Program-made: the position numbers and the translations under genes
Part shown: positions 52,569-63,998 of the stretch, piece by piece
Numbering within the stretch: position 1 is the first letter of the stretch
Layout: each line of letters begins with the position of its first letter
Notes under the pieces: model-generated
The model's database searches: none
The model's input: only the letters and a program-made list of their open reading frames with translations
Told to the model about the DNA's origin: nothing
From: an uncultured cyanobacterium
Lineage (GTDB): Bacteria > Cyanobacteriota > Cyanobacteriia > Cyanobacteriales > CAWUOF01
Direction: 5' to 3'
Assembly: GCA_963744145.1 (NCBI GenBank)
Contig: CAVUSO010000001.1
Span: 7,040,001 to 7,104,000, forward strand
DNA: 64,000 bases

Positions 52569-53756
52569 TTAACGAGAAGCTCTCACTAATAACACCATAC
52601 CCATAGCAAATCCCGACAGAGTTGGTAACCAACCAGACATCCAAGGTGGTAAAACATTACTTAAACCTAGTGCATCTCCCACGGACATTAATAAATAATA
52701 ACCAAAAATTACCAATACGCTAATCCCAAAACCAGTTGCTTTGGTAGTGCGTTGTGGTCTAGTTCCTAAAGCTGCACCAACTATTCCAAAAGCAACAGAA
52801 GCAAAAGGAATCGCATATTTTTGGTTAATCCGGATCATCAGTTTCCGAATCTTTTTCTCATCACCACTAACCCGAAGTAATTCTAATTGAGCTTGAGCTT
52901 GAGCAATATTCATTTCCGCATAATCACGGTTTTTACTAGCTAAATCCAAGGGGGTACGCGGAATTTGTAATTCTTGATGTTCAAATCGCATAATATTACG
53001 ATAAGAACCGTCAGGAGCAACAATATAAATTGTGCCATTAAAAAAATCCCAAGTATGTTCAGATTGATTCCATTCAGCACTTTCTGCGATCACAATTTGG
53101 TTAAGACCTGCTTGAGAACGATCTAGGATAGTCAATCCTTTCATAGTTTTACCATCAAACTGTTGAGCATAAAACAAACGGGAAAGCACAGATATTTTTT
53201 CACCATTTGCTTGTTTTACCTCGCGAAATTCGGGAACAATAATATTATTTTCCTGAAAGTCTTTTGTGTCTTCATTTAGTGCCCGATCTAAAGTGAGTCT
53301 AGCTTCATATTGAGCTGCGGGAACGATCGATTCATTTAAAACAAAAGTGGCTCCCGTGACCACAAGACTGACCATAAAAGCTGGTAGAATTAAACGGTAG
53401 ATACTAATTCCACAACTACGCAGAGCCACAATTTCACTATCGCTCGAAAGACGACTGTAAGCAATTAAGGTGGCGAGTAGCATCGCTGTCGGTAAGGAGA
53501 AAGCGACGAAATATGGTAGTTGTAAAAAGAAAACCTTGGTCGCGATCGCGATCGGCAATCCTGATTCTGTGATTTTTCGGACTAAGAAAAATAACGAACC
53601 GATCGCTACTCCCACCGAAGTAAAAGCCCCGACCCCAAAGAAAAATGGGCCAAATAACTCCAGCGCGAGATAACGATCCATAACTGAGATCGTAGGAATT
53701 AGCAACCATTGACGTGGAACTGGACGTTTGAAAGCTTTGGAAATACCTAAGCTCAT
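52569..53756 (-). CDS. LptF/LptG family LPS export permease
   Basis: MDRYL, RLSSDSEIVALRSCG, NESIVP, KYAIPFA, GFGISV. Confidence 0.9.
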   Translation of the reverse strand: MSLGISKAFKRPVPRQWLLIPTISVMDRYLALELFGPFFFGVGAFTSVGVAIGSLFFLVRKITESGLPIAIATKVFFLQLPYFVAFSLPTAMLLATLIAYSRLSSDSEIVALRSCGISIYRLILPAFMVSLVVTGATFVLNESIVPAAQYEARLTLDRALNEDTKDFQENNIIVPEFREVKQANGEKISVLSRLFYAQQFDGKTMKGLTILDRSQAGLNQIVIAESAEWNQSEHTWDFFNGTIYIVAPDGSYRNIMRFEHQELQIPRTPLDLASKNRDYAEMNIAQAQAQLELLRVSGDEKKIRKLMIRINQKYAIPFASVAFGIVGAALGTRPQRTTKATGFGISVLVIFGYYLLMSVGDALGLSNVLPPWMSGWLPTLSGFAMGMVLLVRASR

Positions 53757-53869
53757 GATGTGAATTTTAGATTTATGATTTTAGATTAAAGGTTAGCATA
53801 CTCAATCAAGACACTCATGATCAGTTAAATTTTGACTGGGAATTGCCCTTCTTCTGCTTGGTCGGTTAG

Positions 53870-53953
53870 ATTCAAAGAGTAATTGCAGAACATCAACTAA
53901 AATTGCTGATCTTTAATTCTGAACGAGAGGAGGTTGTTCTATGGAAGAATTGA
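53870..53953 (+). pseudogene. xisH: C-terminal remnant of XisH
   Basis: IQRVIAEHQLKLLIFNSEREEVVLWKN* overlapping the xisI start. Confidence 0.6.
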
Positions 53954-54104
53954 ATTATCGCGAAGTAGTACTTGGATTGAACAGGATGGTACAGAAATCG
54001 GAGTGAAGAATGAATTAGTAGAAGCTGGAGTTCCTAAGCAAGATATAGTTCTGGCATTTCAAGCCCCTTATAGACGGAAATTTACAGAGTTTGCTGTTGG
54101 TTAA
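53941..54104 (+). pseudogene. xisI: Internally deleted XisI
   Basis: MEELNYREVV, then out of frame WIEQDGTEIGVKNELVEAGVPKQDIVLAFQAPYRRKFTEFAVG*. Confidence 0.8.
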
Positions 54105-54174
54105 ATTGGGATGCTTTTAGTTATGATTAGTTCACTGAACTGGATTAAACTATATATATTAAAATCCAATTCAA

Positions 54175-55818
54175 TTATCGTAAACGTCCGGAACGAATAA
54201 TACTCCAAATTAACCATAATCCTAAAAAACAAGCTGCTGCGAATAAAGCATTAATTAAAAACGATAATTGGACAGTTTGTGCTTTACTAGAAATAATTGC
54301 AGCTCCAATAATCAAAGAACCCACTACAATACTAAAAGACAGACGATTAGCTGAATCATCAACACTCCGACGTAAACCATCTACATCTTTAAGAGTAATA
54401 TTCCATCTTAAAGTTTCTGTCGTAATTCTTTCTAACAATAATTCTACTTGACGGGGTGATTGCAAAGATAGATTTTTGAGATCGATCGCAGTTCGCAAAA
54501 GTGCTTGAACTGGATCTTCTCCTAATAACTGTCGTCGAAATAAATCAGTCATTAAAGGCTTAATTTCTTCCAATAAATTCAAATCCGGATTAAAAGTTCG
54601 GGCAACACCTTCTAAATTCGCGATCGTCTTAGCATACAAACCCAAATTACTGGGAACTATAATTTTATTATTCCGAGCAGTGTGCAGCAATTCATAAAAT
54701 ACTTGAGCAAAATTCAGTTGGGATAGACTTAAATTATAATACTTCCTCAGCATCCTAGCATAATCATTTTCTAACTTAATTAAATTCACGGGCTGAGAAG
54801 ATTCCGCTAATTGTAAAGTTAACTGACTACAACGTTGAGCATCTAAATCAACGATCGCTAATAACATCTCAGTTAAAATCTGCTGGGTGCGTGGATCTAA
54901 ACGACCGACCATCCCACAATCTAGCAGTGCTAAACGACCATCATTCAGATAAAATATATTACCAGGATGGGGATCAGCATGAAAAAATCCATCAATATAA
55001 AACTGTTGAAAAAAAGCCCGACATAAAGTTGTAGTTAGCGATCGCTTTTCCGCATTCTTATCCCCATTAAACCCAACCCCTTGCACATCTGCTGCTAAAA
55101 TTTGGACTCCATCTAACCATTCCATTACTAACAACTTTTCCGTAGTTAATTCCCAATAGATTTCTGTAATTACCAATTTTTTGGGATCAAACCATTTACT
55201 GGTAGATAAATTAGATCGTAATTGATTACAGTAACGAGCTTCTTGAGTAAAATCTAACTCCGATCGCAATGCAGTTGCAAATTGGTCAGCAAGAGCTACA
55301 AAATCATAATCTTGTCCCGTTAGATTAACAATTTCTGCTAATCCTTTAATCAAAATAATATCTTGTTCAATAATTACATCAATTCCGGGACGCTGAACCT
55401 TTAAAGCAACTTCTTGACCTCCTTTGAGAGTAGCGCGATGGGTTTGAGCAATTGAACCTGCAGCAACAGGTCGATGATTTATTTTGGTAAAAGTTGCTTC
55501 TAAAGGTTGTTTGAGTTCTTTACGAATAATAGCTTCTACATCTTCCCAAGGAACTGGTGGTACTTCGGATTGTAGAGTAGATAATTCTTCAATATATTCC
55601 GATGGTAATACATCAGGACGGGTGCTTAATAACTGTCCTAATTTCACATAGACCGGACCTAAATCTACTAAAATATTGCGTAAGACAGCAGGTGGAGGTA
55701 ATTGTGGGGCACCTACTTTTCCCCCATTTAAAATTCCCCACATATAGTCCCAACCATTCCGGAAGACAATTTCCAGAATATCTTTCTGACGAGCAGCAGA
55801 TTGAGGTAAAGAAAACAT
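54175..55818 (-). CDS. ABC1/AarF/UbiB family atypical kinase
   Basis: LGPVYVKLGQLLSTRPD, AAGSIAQTH, KVQRP, FHADPHPGN, LDCGMVG. Confidence 0.92.
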   Translation of the reverse strand: MFSLPQSAARQKDILEIVFRNGWDYMWGILNGGKVGAPQLPPPAVLRNILVDLGPVYVKLGQLLSTRPDVLPSEYIEELSTLQSEVPPVPWEDVEAIIRKELKQPLEATFTKINHRPVAAGSIAQTHRATLKGGQEVALKVQRPGIDVIIEQDIILIKGLAEIVNLTGQDYDFVALADQFATALRSELDFTQEARYCNQLRSNLSTSKWFDPKKLVITEIYWELTTEKLLVMEWLDGVQILAADVQGVGFNGDKNAEKRSLTTTLCRAFFQQFYIDGFFHADPHPGNIFYLNDGRLALLDCGMVGRLDPRTQQILTEMLLAIVDLDAQRCSQLTLQLAESSQPVNLIKLENDYARMLRKYYNLSLSQLNFAQVFYELLHTARNNKIIVPSNLGLYAKTIANLEGVARTFNPDLNLLEEIKPLMTDLFRRQLLGEDPVQALLRTAIDLKNLSLQSPRQVELLLERITTETLRWNITLKDVDGLRRSVDDSANRLSFSIVVGSLIIGAAIISSKAQTVQLSFLINALFAAACFLGLWLIWSIIRSGRLR

Positions 55819-55915
55819 AGTTAATAATTAATGGGGGGTCAAAAGTTAGAGCAATGAAAAAAACTAATCAGCCATTAAAATGGTGAAAAGTTATTCATAA
55901 ATTTGGATCTTTTTT

Positions 55916-56977
55916 TTACAGCAAATCTTGAAATTTGGGATTTTCTTGGATAGATTTTAGGACTTGCTTAATTTCCTGAGTACGATCTTTTTTGACAATT
56001 AGAGTCACTTGGCGATCGCGAACAATTACCACATCATCTAGTCCAATTGTCACAATCAATTCAGCGTCGCTACTGTTATAAACAATCGTCCCCTTAGTAT
56101 CCAATCCCAGATGATTACCTAATTCAACATTAATCTGATCTCCCTTTAATAACCGTTCGATCGCATTCCAGTCACCTAAATCATCCCAACCAAAATCTGC
56201 TGGTAATACAGTTGCGAGTTGAGTTTTTTCCATTAAAGCATAGTCAATACTTTTTTTGGATAATAGGGGATAAGCATCCACTCCTTTTTCCCTTAAAGGA
56301 TTAATAATCTCCGGTGCATGAGTAGAGAGTTCTTTCAGAACGACTCCAGCCCGAAACACAAACATTCCACTATTCCAACTGTAACGACCAGTTGCTAAAA
56401 ATCCTTTTGCTGTTTCTTGATCAGGCTTTTCCGTAAACCGATTTACTTGATACACTGGTAATTCTCCAAAATTACCAATTTGGTTTCCTTGCTCAATATA
56501 ACCATAACCTGTAGATGGGAAATTTGGTTTTACTCCTAAAGTGACGATCGCTTCTTTAGCTCTAGCCAAATCAATTGCAGATTGAATAGTCTTTTCAAAA
56601 GCTGCTTCATCACCAATCCAATGATCAGCCGGAAAAAATCCAATTACAGCCTGATCACCATAGATTTTAGCAATTTCTAAAGTGGTCCAGGCTACAGCTC
56701 GACCCGTATCTCGTCCTTCTGGTTCTACTAATAAATTGCTCAGTGGTAATTGCGGTAATTGTTCTTGTACTCCTGGCGCTAATTGACCAGAAGTTATTAC
56801 CCATAACCCTGTTTCACCTCCAGCCAAATTCAAAAGTCTTTGCGCTGTAGCTTGGAGCAAACTTTGACCACTTCCATCTAAACTTAAAAATTGTTTAGGA
56901 CGACTTTTCCGACTCAGTGGCCAAAAGCGTTCTCCTTTGCCACCAGCGAGAATAACAGGTAGGAATGAGTTAGTCAT
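55916..56977 (-). CDS. manC: Mannose-1-phosphate guanylyltransferase
   Basis: LAGGKGERFWPLSR..PKQFL, PADH, FTEKP, WNSGMF, SIDYALME, WDDLGDW. Confidence 0.9.
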   Translation of the reverse strand: MTNSFLPVILAGGKGERFWPLSRKSRPKQFLSLDGSGQSLLQATAQRLLNLAGGETGLWVITSGQLAPGVQEQLPQLPLSNLLVEPEGRDTGRAVAWTTLEIAKIYGDQAVIGFFPADHWIGDEAAFEKTIQSAIDLARAKEAIVTLGVKPNFPSTGYGYIEQGNQIGNFGELPVYQVNRFTEKPDQETAKGFLATGRYSWNSGMFVFRAGVVLKELSTHAPEIINPLREKGVDAYPLLSKKSIDYALMEKTQLATVLPADFGWDDLGDWNAIERLLKGDQINVELGNHLGLDTKGTIVYNSSDAELIVTIGLDDVVIVRDRQVTLIVKKDRTQEIKQVLKSIQENPKFQDLL

Positions 56978-57500
56978 TATCCAAATCCAGAATCTAGTTG
57001 ATAATTTCCGAAAATCCGCTATTTAAAAATTTTCCCAAAAAAAAGCCGGCTGCTCCTGATGTTGGTCAACTGCGATCGAACAGTTGCTAACACCGACAAA
57101 CATGGGATTATCCTGATTAATAGCAAATTTAGATCAAATATGTCACAAATATATTTAGGTATATCGTGGTCTTAAAGCCATTTTTTCGATAATGATCAAA
57201 ATATTTTGAGTAAGGCCAATCAGACTAAAGGCCAATCACGGACTTCACGCATTAATTAAGTAGATTCATTGTATCTGATCAGCAATCTTAGTAAGTATGC
57301 AGGGGCAGGTTCATTCTGATCTTGGCTAAGGACTTACTAAATTATCTAAACCTGCCCCATGAGGTTCACCCTGAACTTGACTGATTATCCACTAATTATC
57401 TAAACCTATTCTAGGCTAATCAATGAATAAGGTGGCATTTCATTGTCAATTGGTATTACCTTCCGTTTAATTTGCAGTTTGGCTTGGTTCTTAATAATTC

Positions 57501-58247
57501 TTAATGGGTGATGCCCAGGGGTTGGGCGATCCAGCTCATCACATCATTTAATATCGCTTGATAGCCTGCTACATTGGGATGTAGTCCATCTCCACTCAAA
57601 CGCGATCGCCGCCAATCGCTACTCCGATTCATCCATAAATCAAAAATATCTAAGTAAGGTATTTGATACCTCAAACAAGCCTGCCGACTGGCTTCTTTAT
57701 ATTTATACTGATCCTCATGGTTGAAGTAAAAATGATCCAAAAATGGCATTTTTTCCTCATCTACAGGCACCATCCCTACATAGAAAACTGGGCATAAGCG
57801 TCGGGCTTGGTGCAGTAAGTTGTCTAATTCCAGTTTAAATGTTTCAAAATCCGTGTAATTACGTCCATTTGGTCGAGTGATTCTAGGAGAATCGTTTACT
57901 CCCACCGATAAAATAATCGCATCTGGGACTCGGTTGCGTAATTCCCCTCGATGACGAAACTCATTTTCTAGTCGTTCTGTGACCTGACTCACACGATCGC
58001 CTCTTACTCCTAGGTTATATAGAATATGACCAGGACTATCTGGCGACATCAAGAGTCTTCTTAATCTTTCTACCCAACCACCACCTTCGTGATCGCCAAA
58101 ACCATACACTAAACTATCTCCTAAAGCGATTAGCTTCAAGGGATGACCCTTAGTTTGATTGAGCCCAGGCAAAGAGGATGCTATCAGTGTAGGCATAATC
58201 ATTATTTTCCGGCTAAATACTTTAAGTAATATTAACATATATATCAA
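57501..58247 (-). CDS. SGNH/GDSL hydrolase (start probably nearer 58196)
   Basis: GDSLVYG, NLGVRGD, GVND, DGLHPN. Confidence 0.9.
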   Translation of the reverse strand: MIYMLILLKVFSRKIMIMPTLIASSLPGLNQTKGHPLKLIALGDSLVYGFGDHEGGGWVERLRRLLMSPDSPGHILYNLGVRGDRVSQVTERLENEFRHRGELRNRVPDAIILSVGVNDSPRITRPNGRNYTDFETFKLELDNLLHQARRLCPVFYVGMVPVDEEKMPFLDHFYFNHEDQYKYKEASRQACLRYQIPYLDIFDLWMNRSSDWRRSRLSGDGLHPNVAGYQAILNDVMSWIAQPLGITH

Positions 58248-58374
58248 TGTCTACACAATAGGGCCAAGGTAATATATGATGATTAGTAGACAATTCATCA
58301 AGAAAGTCATTGTATTTACCTAAGTAAAAGGGATAGAAAGAGTATTTATGACTATGCGAAAACTTTCCATTTCC

Positions 58375-58602
58375 ATGCCAAAGCGGACTCAAATAGATCC
58401 AAATCAATTAATGCGTCGTGCTGAAGATTTAATTAATGGTGCGTCAAATCGCTATCGGATTACAGTCCAAGTCGCAAATCGAGCCAAACGTCGTCGCTAT
58501 GAAGATTTTGATAGTATGGATGACCCAATTATGAAACCTGTGATGCGGGCAATTATTGAAATGTCCGATGAAATGATGCAGGATGATATTATTGGCGATT
58601 AA
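58375..58602 (+). CDS. rpoZ: RNA polymerase omega subunit (Ycf61)
   Basis: [22 protein letters not shown]...[13 protein letters not shown]. Confidence 0.93.
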   Translation: MPKRTQIDPNQLMRRAEDLINGASNRYRITVQVANRAKRRRYEDFDSMDDPIMKPVMRAIIEMSDEMMQDDIIGD

Positions 58603-58682
58603 TTTCTATGTAGTAATGGTCTTGAAAATCCATTACTACTGATAAAAAATTGATCATTATATAGCTAAATCAACTATTAGCA

Positions 58683-59345
58683 ATGAACAAAAAACGTTGG
58701 CAAGTGATGAAGTTTTTAGCGATCGCCTTGACTGTATTAGTTTTTATTGTTGGGGGCATGGGTGGAAAAATCGGCTCAAATCAAGTAAAGGTGATCGCTG
58801 CTGAGGAAATCGAAAATACTTCTGAGCCAGTTAGTCAGCCACCTAATAACCAATCTAGACCCCAAGAAGTATGGAAGATCGTCTATCAACGTTTGCCCAA
58901 GTTACCTCCAGAAAATAACTATATTGATAAAGAAACTGGAAAAGCTGCTCCAGAAAATACTCTGATCAGTCGTCTCATCCGCTATCACGTCTTTGTCAAA
59001 GGACGTTCTACTCTTTACCGAATTGATTGGCAATTGACGATCGCGGATTATCTCGGAGCTAATCAACCCATTGAATCAGGAACCTATCCAGGTCACGACA
59101 TCTTAAACAAAAATCCCACAGAATCTGATCTAGCAGCGATGAAAACCTTGACTCGCAAGCAAAGGGCTGAACTGGTCGATACTCTAGTCAGCATTTTTAA
59201 TCCGAATTCTCCTGAACTAGTTGACCCAAACTCAACCCAAACAAAACCTATTAACCCATCTCCATCTGCACCAACATCTTCAGAAACACCTAACACCCCA
59301 CCACCATTACCTCAACCAGGAGATGCAGATTTACTGAAGCCCTAA
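58683..59345 (+). CDS. Conserved exported hypothetical protein
   Basis: Signal peptide; VYQRLP.LP.ENNY, RLIRYH, R.DW.LT.ADYLG. Confidence 0.8.
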   Translation: MNKKRWQVMKFLAIALTVLVFIVGGMGGKIGSNQVKVIAAEEIENTSEPVSQPPNNQSRPQEVWKIVYQRLPKLPPENNYIDKETGKAAPENTLISRLIRYHVFVKGRSTLYRIDWQLTIADYLGANQPIESGTYPGHDILNKNPTESDLAAMKTLTRKQRAELVDTLVSIFNPNSPELVDPNSTQTKPINPSPSAPTSSETPNTPPPLPQPGDADLLKP

Positions 59346-59347
59346 TA

Positions 59348-59713
59348 ATGAACCGAATAATTAAAAGTGGACCAGGTTGGCGTTTGGGTTGGCATCCTGA
59401 AGCTCCTGAATTTCCTGGTTTAGTGGGTGGTGATGATTGGGCGATCGAACTTACTGCCCCAGAGTTAGATGATTTTTGTCGTTTATTGGTGCAATTAGCA
59501 ACCACCATCAGTCAGATCAGTTCGGAATTAATGGAGGAAGAAAAAATCGCCTGTGAAGCTGAAAGTGATTTAGTTTGGTTAGAAGTAGAGGGTGATCCAT
59601 CGGCTTACCATCTGCATTTAATCGTCAATAAGGGACGGAGAGTGGAAGTAACTTGGCCATCGATCGTCGTGCCAGAATTAATTCAAGCAATTCAGTTGCT
59701 AAAAGTGTTTTAA
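59348..59713 (+). CDS. DUF1818 family protein
   Basis: G.GWRLGW, GLVGGDDWAIELT, ELMEEE. Confidence 0.85.
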   Translation: MNRIIKSGPGWRLGWHPEAPEFPGLVGGDDWAIELTAPELDDFCRLLVQLATTISQISSELMEEEKIACEAESDLVWLEVEGDPSAYHLHLIVNKGRRVEVTWPSIVVPELIQAIQLLKVF

Positions 59714-59748
59714 TTTTCAGATCAGTATGTTATGATAAAAATCTGTGT

Positions 59749-59822
59749 CGGGGCGTAGCGCAGCTTGGTAGCGCACCACTTTGGGGTAGTGGGGGTCGTG
59801 GGTTCGAATCCCGCCGCTCCGA
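59749..59822 (+). tRNA. tRNA-Pro(GGG), CCA not encoded
   Basis: Acceptor CGGGGCG/CGCTCCG, anticodon arm CCACT-TTGGGGT-AGTGG, T loop GGTTCGAATCC. Confidence 0.96.
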
Positions 59823-59884
59823 TTGATCAAAAAAAAGGCCAAGAAGATAGGGGCATTTTCTGACCACTGAAGAAAATGCTCATA

Positions 59885-61030
59885 CTACTCAGTTGAAGCC
59901 AGCATTTTACTTTTCTGATTAGCTTCGAGTTCCTGAAGATAATTAAACTTGCCATGACGGAAAGTGAAAACTAAAGCATTTAAAACCTCCATATCCATCA
60001 AAAATGCGTCGTGACCGTGGGGTGAATGTAACCAGGTTAGTTCAGAATTGGGAATAAACGCAGCGATTTCTTGTTGTTCTGGGGGTGGATAAAGTAGATC
60101 GGAGTCAATCGAAACTACTAAAGTGGGTTGGAAAATACTCCGAAGTGCTGTTTCATAGTCTCCCCTGTCTCTACCTACATCATGAGAATCCATTGCTTGA
60201 GTCAACCGAATATAGCTATTAGCATCAAAGCGATCGACCAACTTTTGACCTTGATGCTGCATATAGTTAGTGATCGCAAATTTACCATCAGCTTGTTGAT
60301 TTCTGCCAAATTTTTCTTGGAAACTAAACCAACTCCGATAGGTACTTAGAGCTATCATCCTAGCTGCGGCTAATCCTTTTGTGGGTGGTTGTTCTAGGTG
60401 ATAATTACCATCTTGCCAATTCGGATCAGCATAAATTGCTTGACGTTGAGCTTCACTTAAGCCAATACACCAACTAGAATGACGCGTAGAAGTAGCAATA
60501 ACCGCGATCGTTTCGACCAGCTCTGGATACATTAAAGCCCATTCTAGCACCTGCATTCCACCCAAAGAACCACCTATTACTAATTTCAGTCGTTTAATCC
60601 CTAACTGATTAACTAAAGCAAATTGCACCCGCACCATATCACGAATAGTAATCAAGGGAAAATCTGATTGATAGGTCGATCCAGTCGCAGGATTAATCGA
60701 TATCGGTCCAGTCGTCCCATAACAACTACCTAACACATTACTACAAACAATAAAATCCTGGTCTGGATCAAACGATCGCCCTATACCAAATAGAGGTTTC
60801 CACCAATCATCTGCATCGGAAGATCCCGTGAGAGCATGACAGATCATCACCGCATTGTCACCAGTTGCATTTAATTTTCCCCAGGTGCGATAAGCTACTT
60901 CTACCTGAGTTAGCAGAGATTTTGATTCCAACAAAATTGGTTCAGGAAGTTGACAAAAATGGGTTTTGTGGGAAATAAAAAAATTATAATTCATCGCTTT
61001 ACTTACGCGATCGCTTTGACCCAGTACCAC
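59885..61030 (-). CDS. metX: Homoserine O-acetyltransferase
   Basis: CHALTGS, NVLGSCYG, GGSLGGMQ, RFDANSY, HGHDAFL. Confidence 0.93.
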   Translation of the reverse strand: MVLGQSDRVSKAMNYNFFISHKTHFCQLPEPILLESKSLLTQVEVAYRTWGKLNATGDNAVMICHALTGSSDADDWWKPLFGIGRSFDPDQDFIVCSNVLGSCYGTTGPISINPATGSTYQSDFPLITIRDMVRVQFALVNQLGIKRLKLVIGGSLGGMQVLEWALMYPELVETIAVIATSTRHSSWCIGLSEAQRQAIYADPNWQDGNYHLEQPPTKGLAAARMIALSTYRSWFSFQEKFGRNQQADGKFAITNYMQHQGQKLVDRFDANSYIRLTQAMDSHDVGRDRGDYETALRSIFQPTLVVSIDSDLLYPPPEQQEIAAFIPNSELTWLHSPHGHDAFLMDMEVLNALVFTFRHGKFNYLQELEANQKSKMLASTE

Positions 61031-61198
61031 TACTGATAGTAAGTGTAGAACTTGCTAATAACCATCAGATCTGATCTCAGGGACTAATCGCATCCTCCAA
61101 AAAAACAACAACAAACAATTCCCTGATTTTGCCATTGGATGCAAGCAAGATGCTCGCATTCCTAGGACTAACAAAAATCAGATCATACCGCTCAATTT

Positions 61199-62518
<1,320 letters not shown>

Positions 62519-62770
62519 TTAAGCTTCCTCAATTTTTTTGCTACGATCGATAAATCCATTTACTTGGGCTACCTAAAAGATCAAAAATCCGGGTATGGGA
62601 ACCATTATACACCTAAAACTCTATCGGGAAACCGTAGATTCAAAATTTTATTTTGGCAAGATGTCTAAGTCAGATGGCCCAAGAAACTGATTTGCTGATC
62701 GATCAAGTAAGTATAGGAAAAAATGATGACTATTAACTTTAACAAAATGTAAACTATTTGCTGGTGATTA

Positions 62771-62902
62771 GCGATCGCATTGATGGAGCATGATTAGTGC
62801 GATCGCGTTGGGTGAGGATAATTCGGGCGATCGCATTGATGGAGGATAATTTGGGCGATCGCGTTGATGGAACATAATTTGGGCGATCGCGTTGGGTGAT
62901 AA
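62771..62902. repeat. 28-bp tandem repeat, each unit starting with HIP1
   Basis: GCGATCGC at 62771, 62799, 62827, 62855, 62883 followed by (A/G)TTG(ATG/GGT)GA...AT.ATT. Confidence 0.88.
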
Positions 62903-62948
62903 TTCAATCCGGATCAATTAAGATTTTTTTGGGAGATCCGGGCAAAGA

Positions 62949-63020
62949 AGGGCGAAGCATTCGGGTATAATATTATTCGTTGTCAGCGATAATTTTTCGC
63001 CCGAATGCTTCGCCCCTACA
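62949..63020 (-). repeat. GTAG-type long REP-like hairpin (type A, copy 1)
   Basis: AGGGCGAAGCATTCGGG ... CCCGAATGCTTCGCCCCTAC. Confidence 0.85.
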
Positions 63021-63099
63021 GGGAAATACAGGAAACTATGCTGATTTATTATTGTTCGTTACGGCGATCGCGAATTATTAAATATTTTGAGGTTACAAT

Positions 63100-63465
63100 C
63101 GAGAACAAATCCTCGAACTATTTCGGTTAATCGATTGGATGATGGTGTTGCCCCCAGGATTGGAACAAGACTTTCGTGTTGAATATAAACGTTACCAGGA
63201 GGAACAGAAAATGCCTTATATTACCAGTATTGAACGTTTGGCAAAGGAAGAAGGAAAAGAAGAAGGAAGAACCGAAGAAAGATTAGTAACAACTCGTCAG
63301 CATATCATTGCTATCTTGACGATGAGGTTTGGGCAAGTGCCTGAATCATTAACGTCAAAGATTAATCAAATTGAAGATTTAGCTCAACTAGAACAACTTC
63401 ACTTAAAAACTGTTACTATCCTTTCTCTGGCTGATTTTGAACAAGAAATCTCTTCTAATTCTTAG
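63100..63465 (+). pseudogene. C-terminal part of an Rpn/PD-(D/E)XK nuclease-family protein; may express an 84-aa product from ATG 63211
   Basis: REQILELFRLIDWMMVLP...YQEEQKMPYITSIERLAKEEG.EEG...RFGQVP; nuclease N-terminus absent. Confidence 0.7.
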
Positions 63466-63634
63466 AGATTAGATTTGCTCTGGCTACTCGCGATCGCACT
63501 TTCTAAATCAGATCATTAACTCTGAAGCAAGATGCGATCGGTATTTGGGGCAATCACAGGTAGATTACTCCTCCAAATTGTGTGGTTTGTTAATAGCATC
63601 CATGAGCGGGGTTTGAGAGCTAGTACAGAATTTT

Positions 63635-63998
63635 GTCCGGATTTGTAGGGGCAAAGCATTTCGGCAGATCAAAATTGCCTAAAACCAGAGAACCATGACC
63701 GAAATGCTTTGCCCTCGGCCATTTATGAATCAAAGCGATCGACTATAGCACAATAGGATTCAGTTAAGAATGTTTTGGGGATCTCGGCGCAGAAAAGGGC
63801 GAAGCATTCGGATCTAGTATTAATTCGTTTAAGTGATCAATTATCGCCCGAATGCTTCGCCCCTACAGTTAACCGAACCGGATTGGATTTTAAGTCCGGA
63901 TTTGTAGGGGCAAAGCATTTCGGCAGATCAGTATTGCTTAAATGAAGAGAACCATGACCGAAATGCTTTGCCCTCGGCCATTTATGAATCAAAGCGAT
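63635..63998. repeat. Cluster of alternating REP-like hairpins (B-A-B)
   Basis: About 105-bp direct repeat at 63635 and 63894 (GTAGGGGCAAAGCATTTCGG...CCGAAATGCTTTGCCC) flanking a type A copy at about 63797-63867. Confidence 0.85.

Noticed and set aside
59749..59884. tRNA-Pro as integration site of an island
   Set aside because: No integrase and no duplicated tRNA 3' end seen; flanks are housekeeping genes
62519..62700. SAM riboswitch upstream of metY
   Set aside because: No recognisable SAM-I core or terminator arrangement
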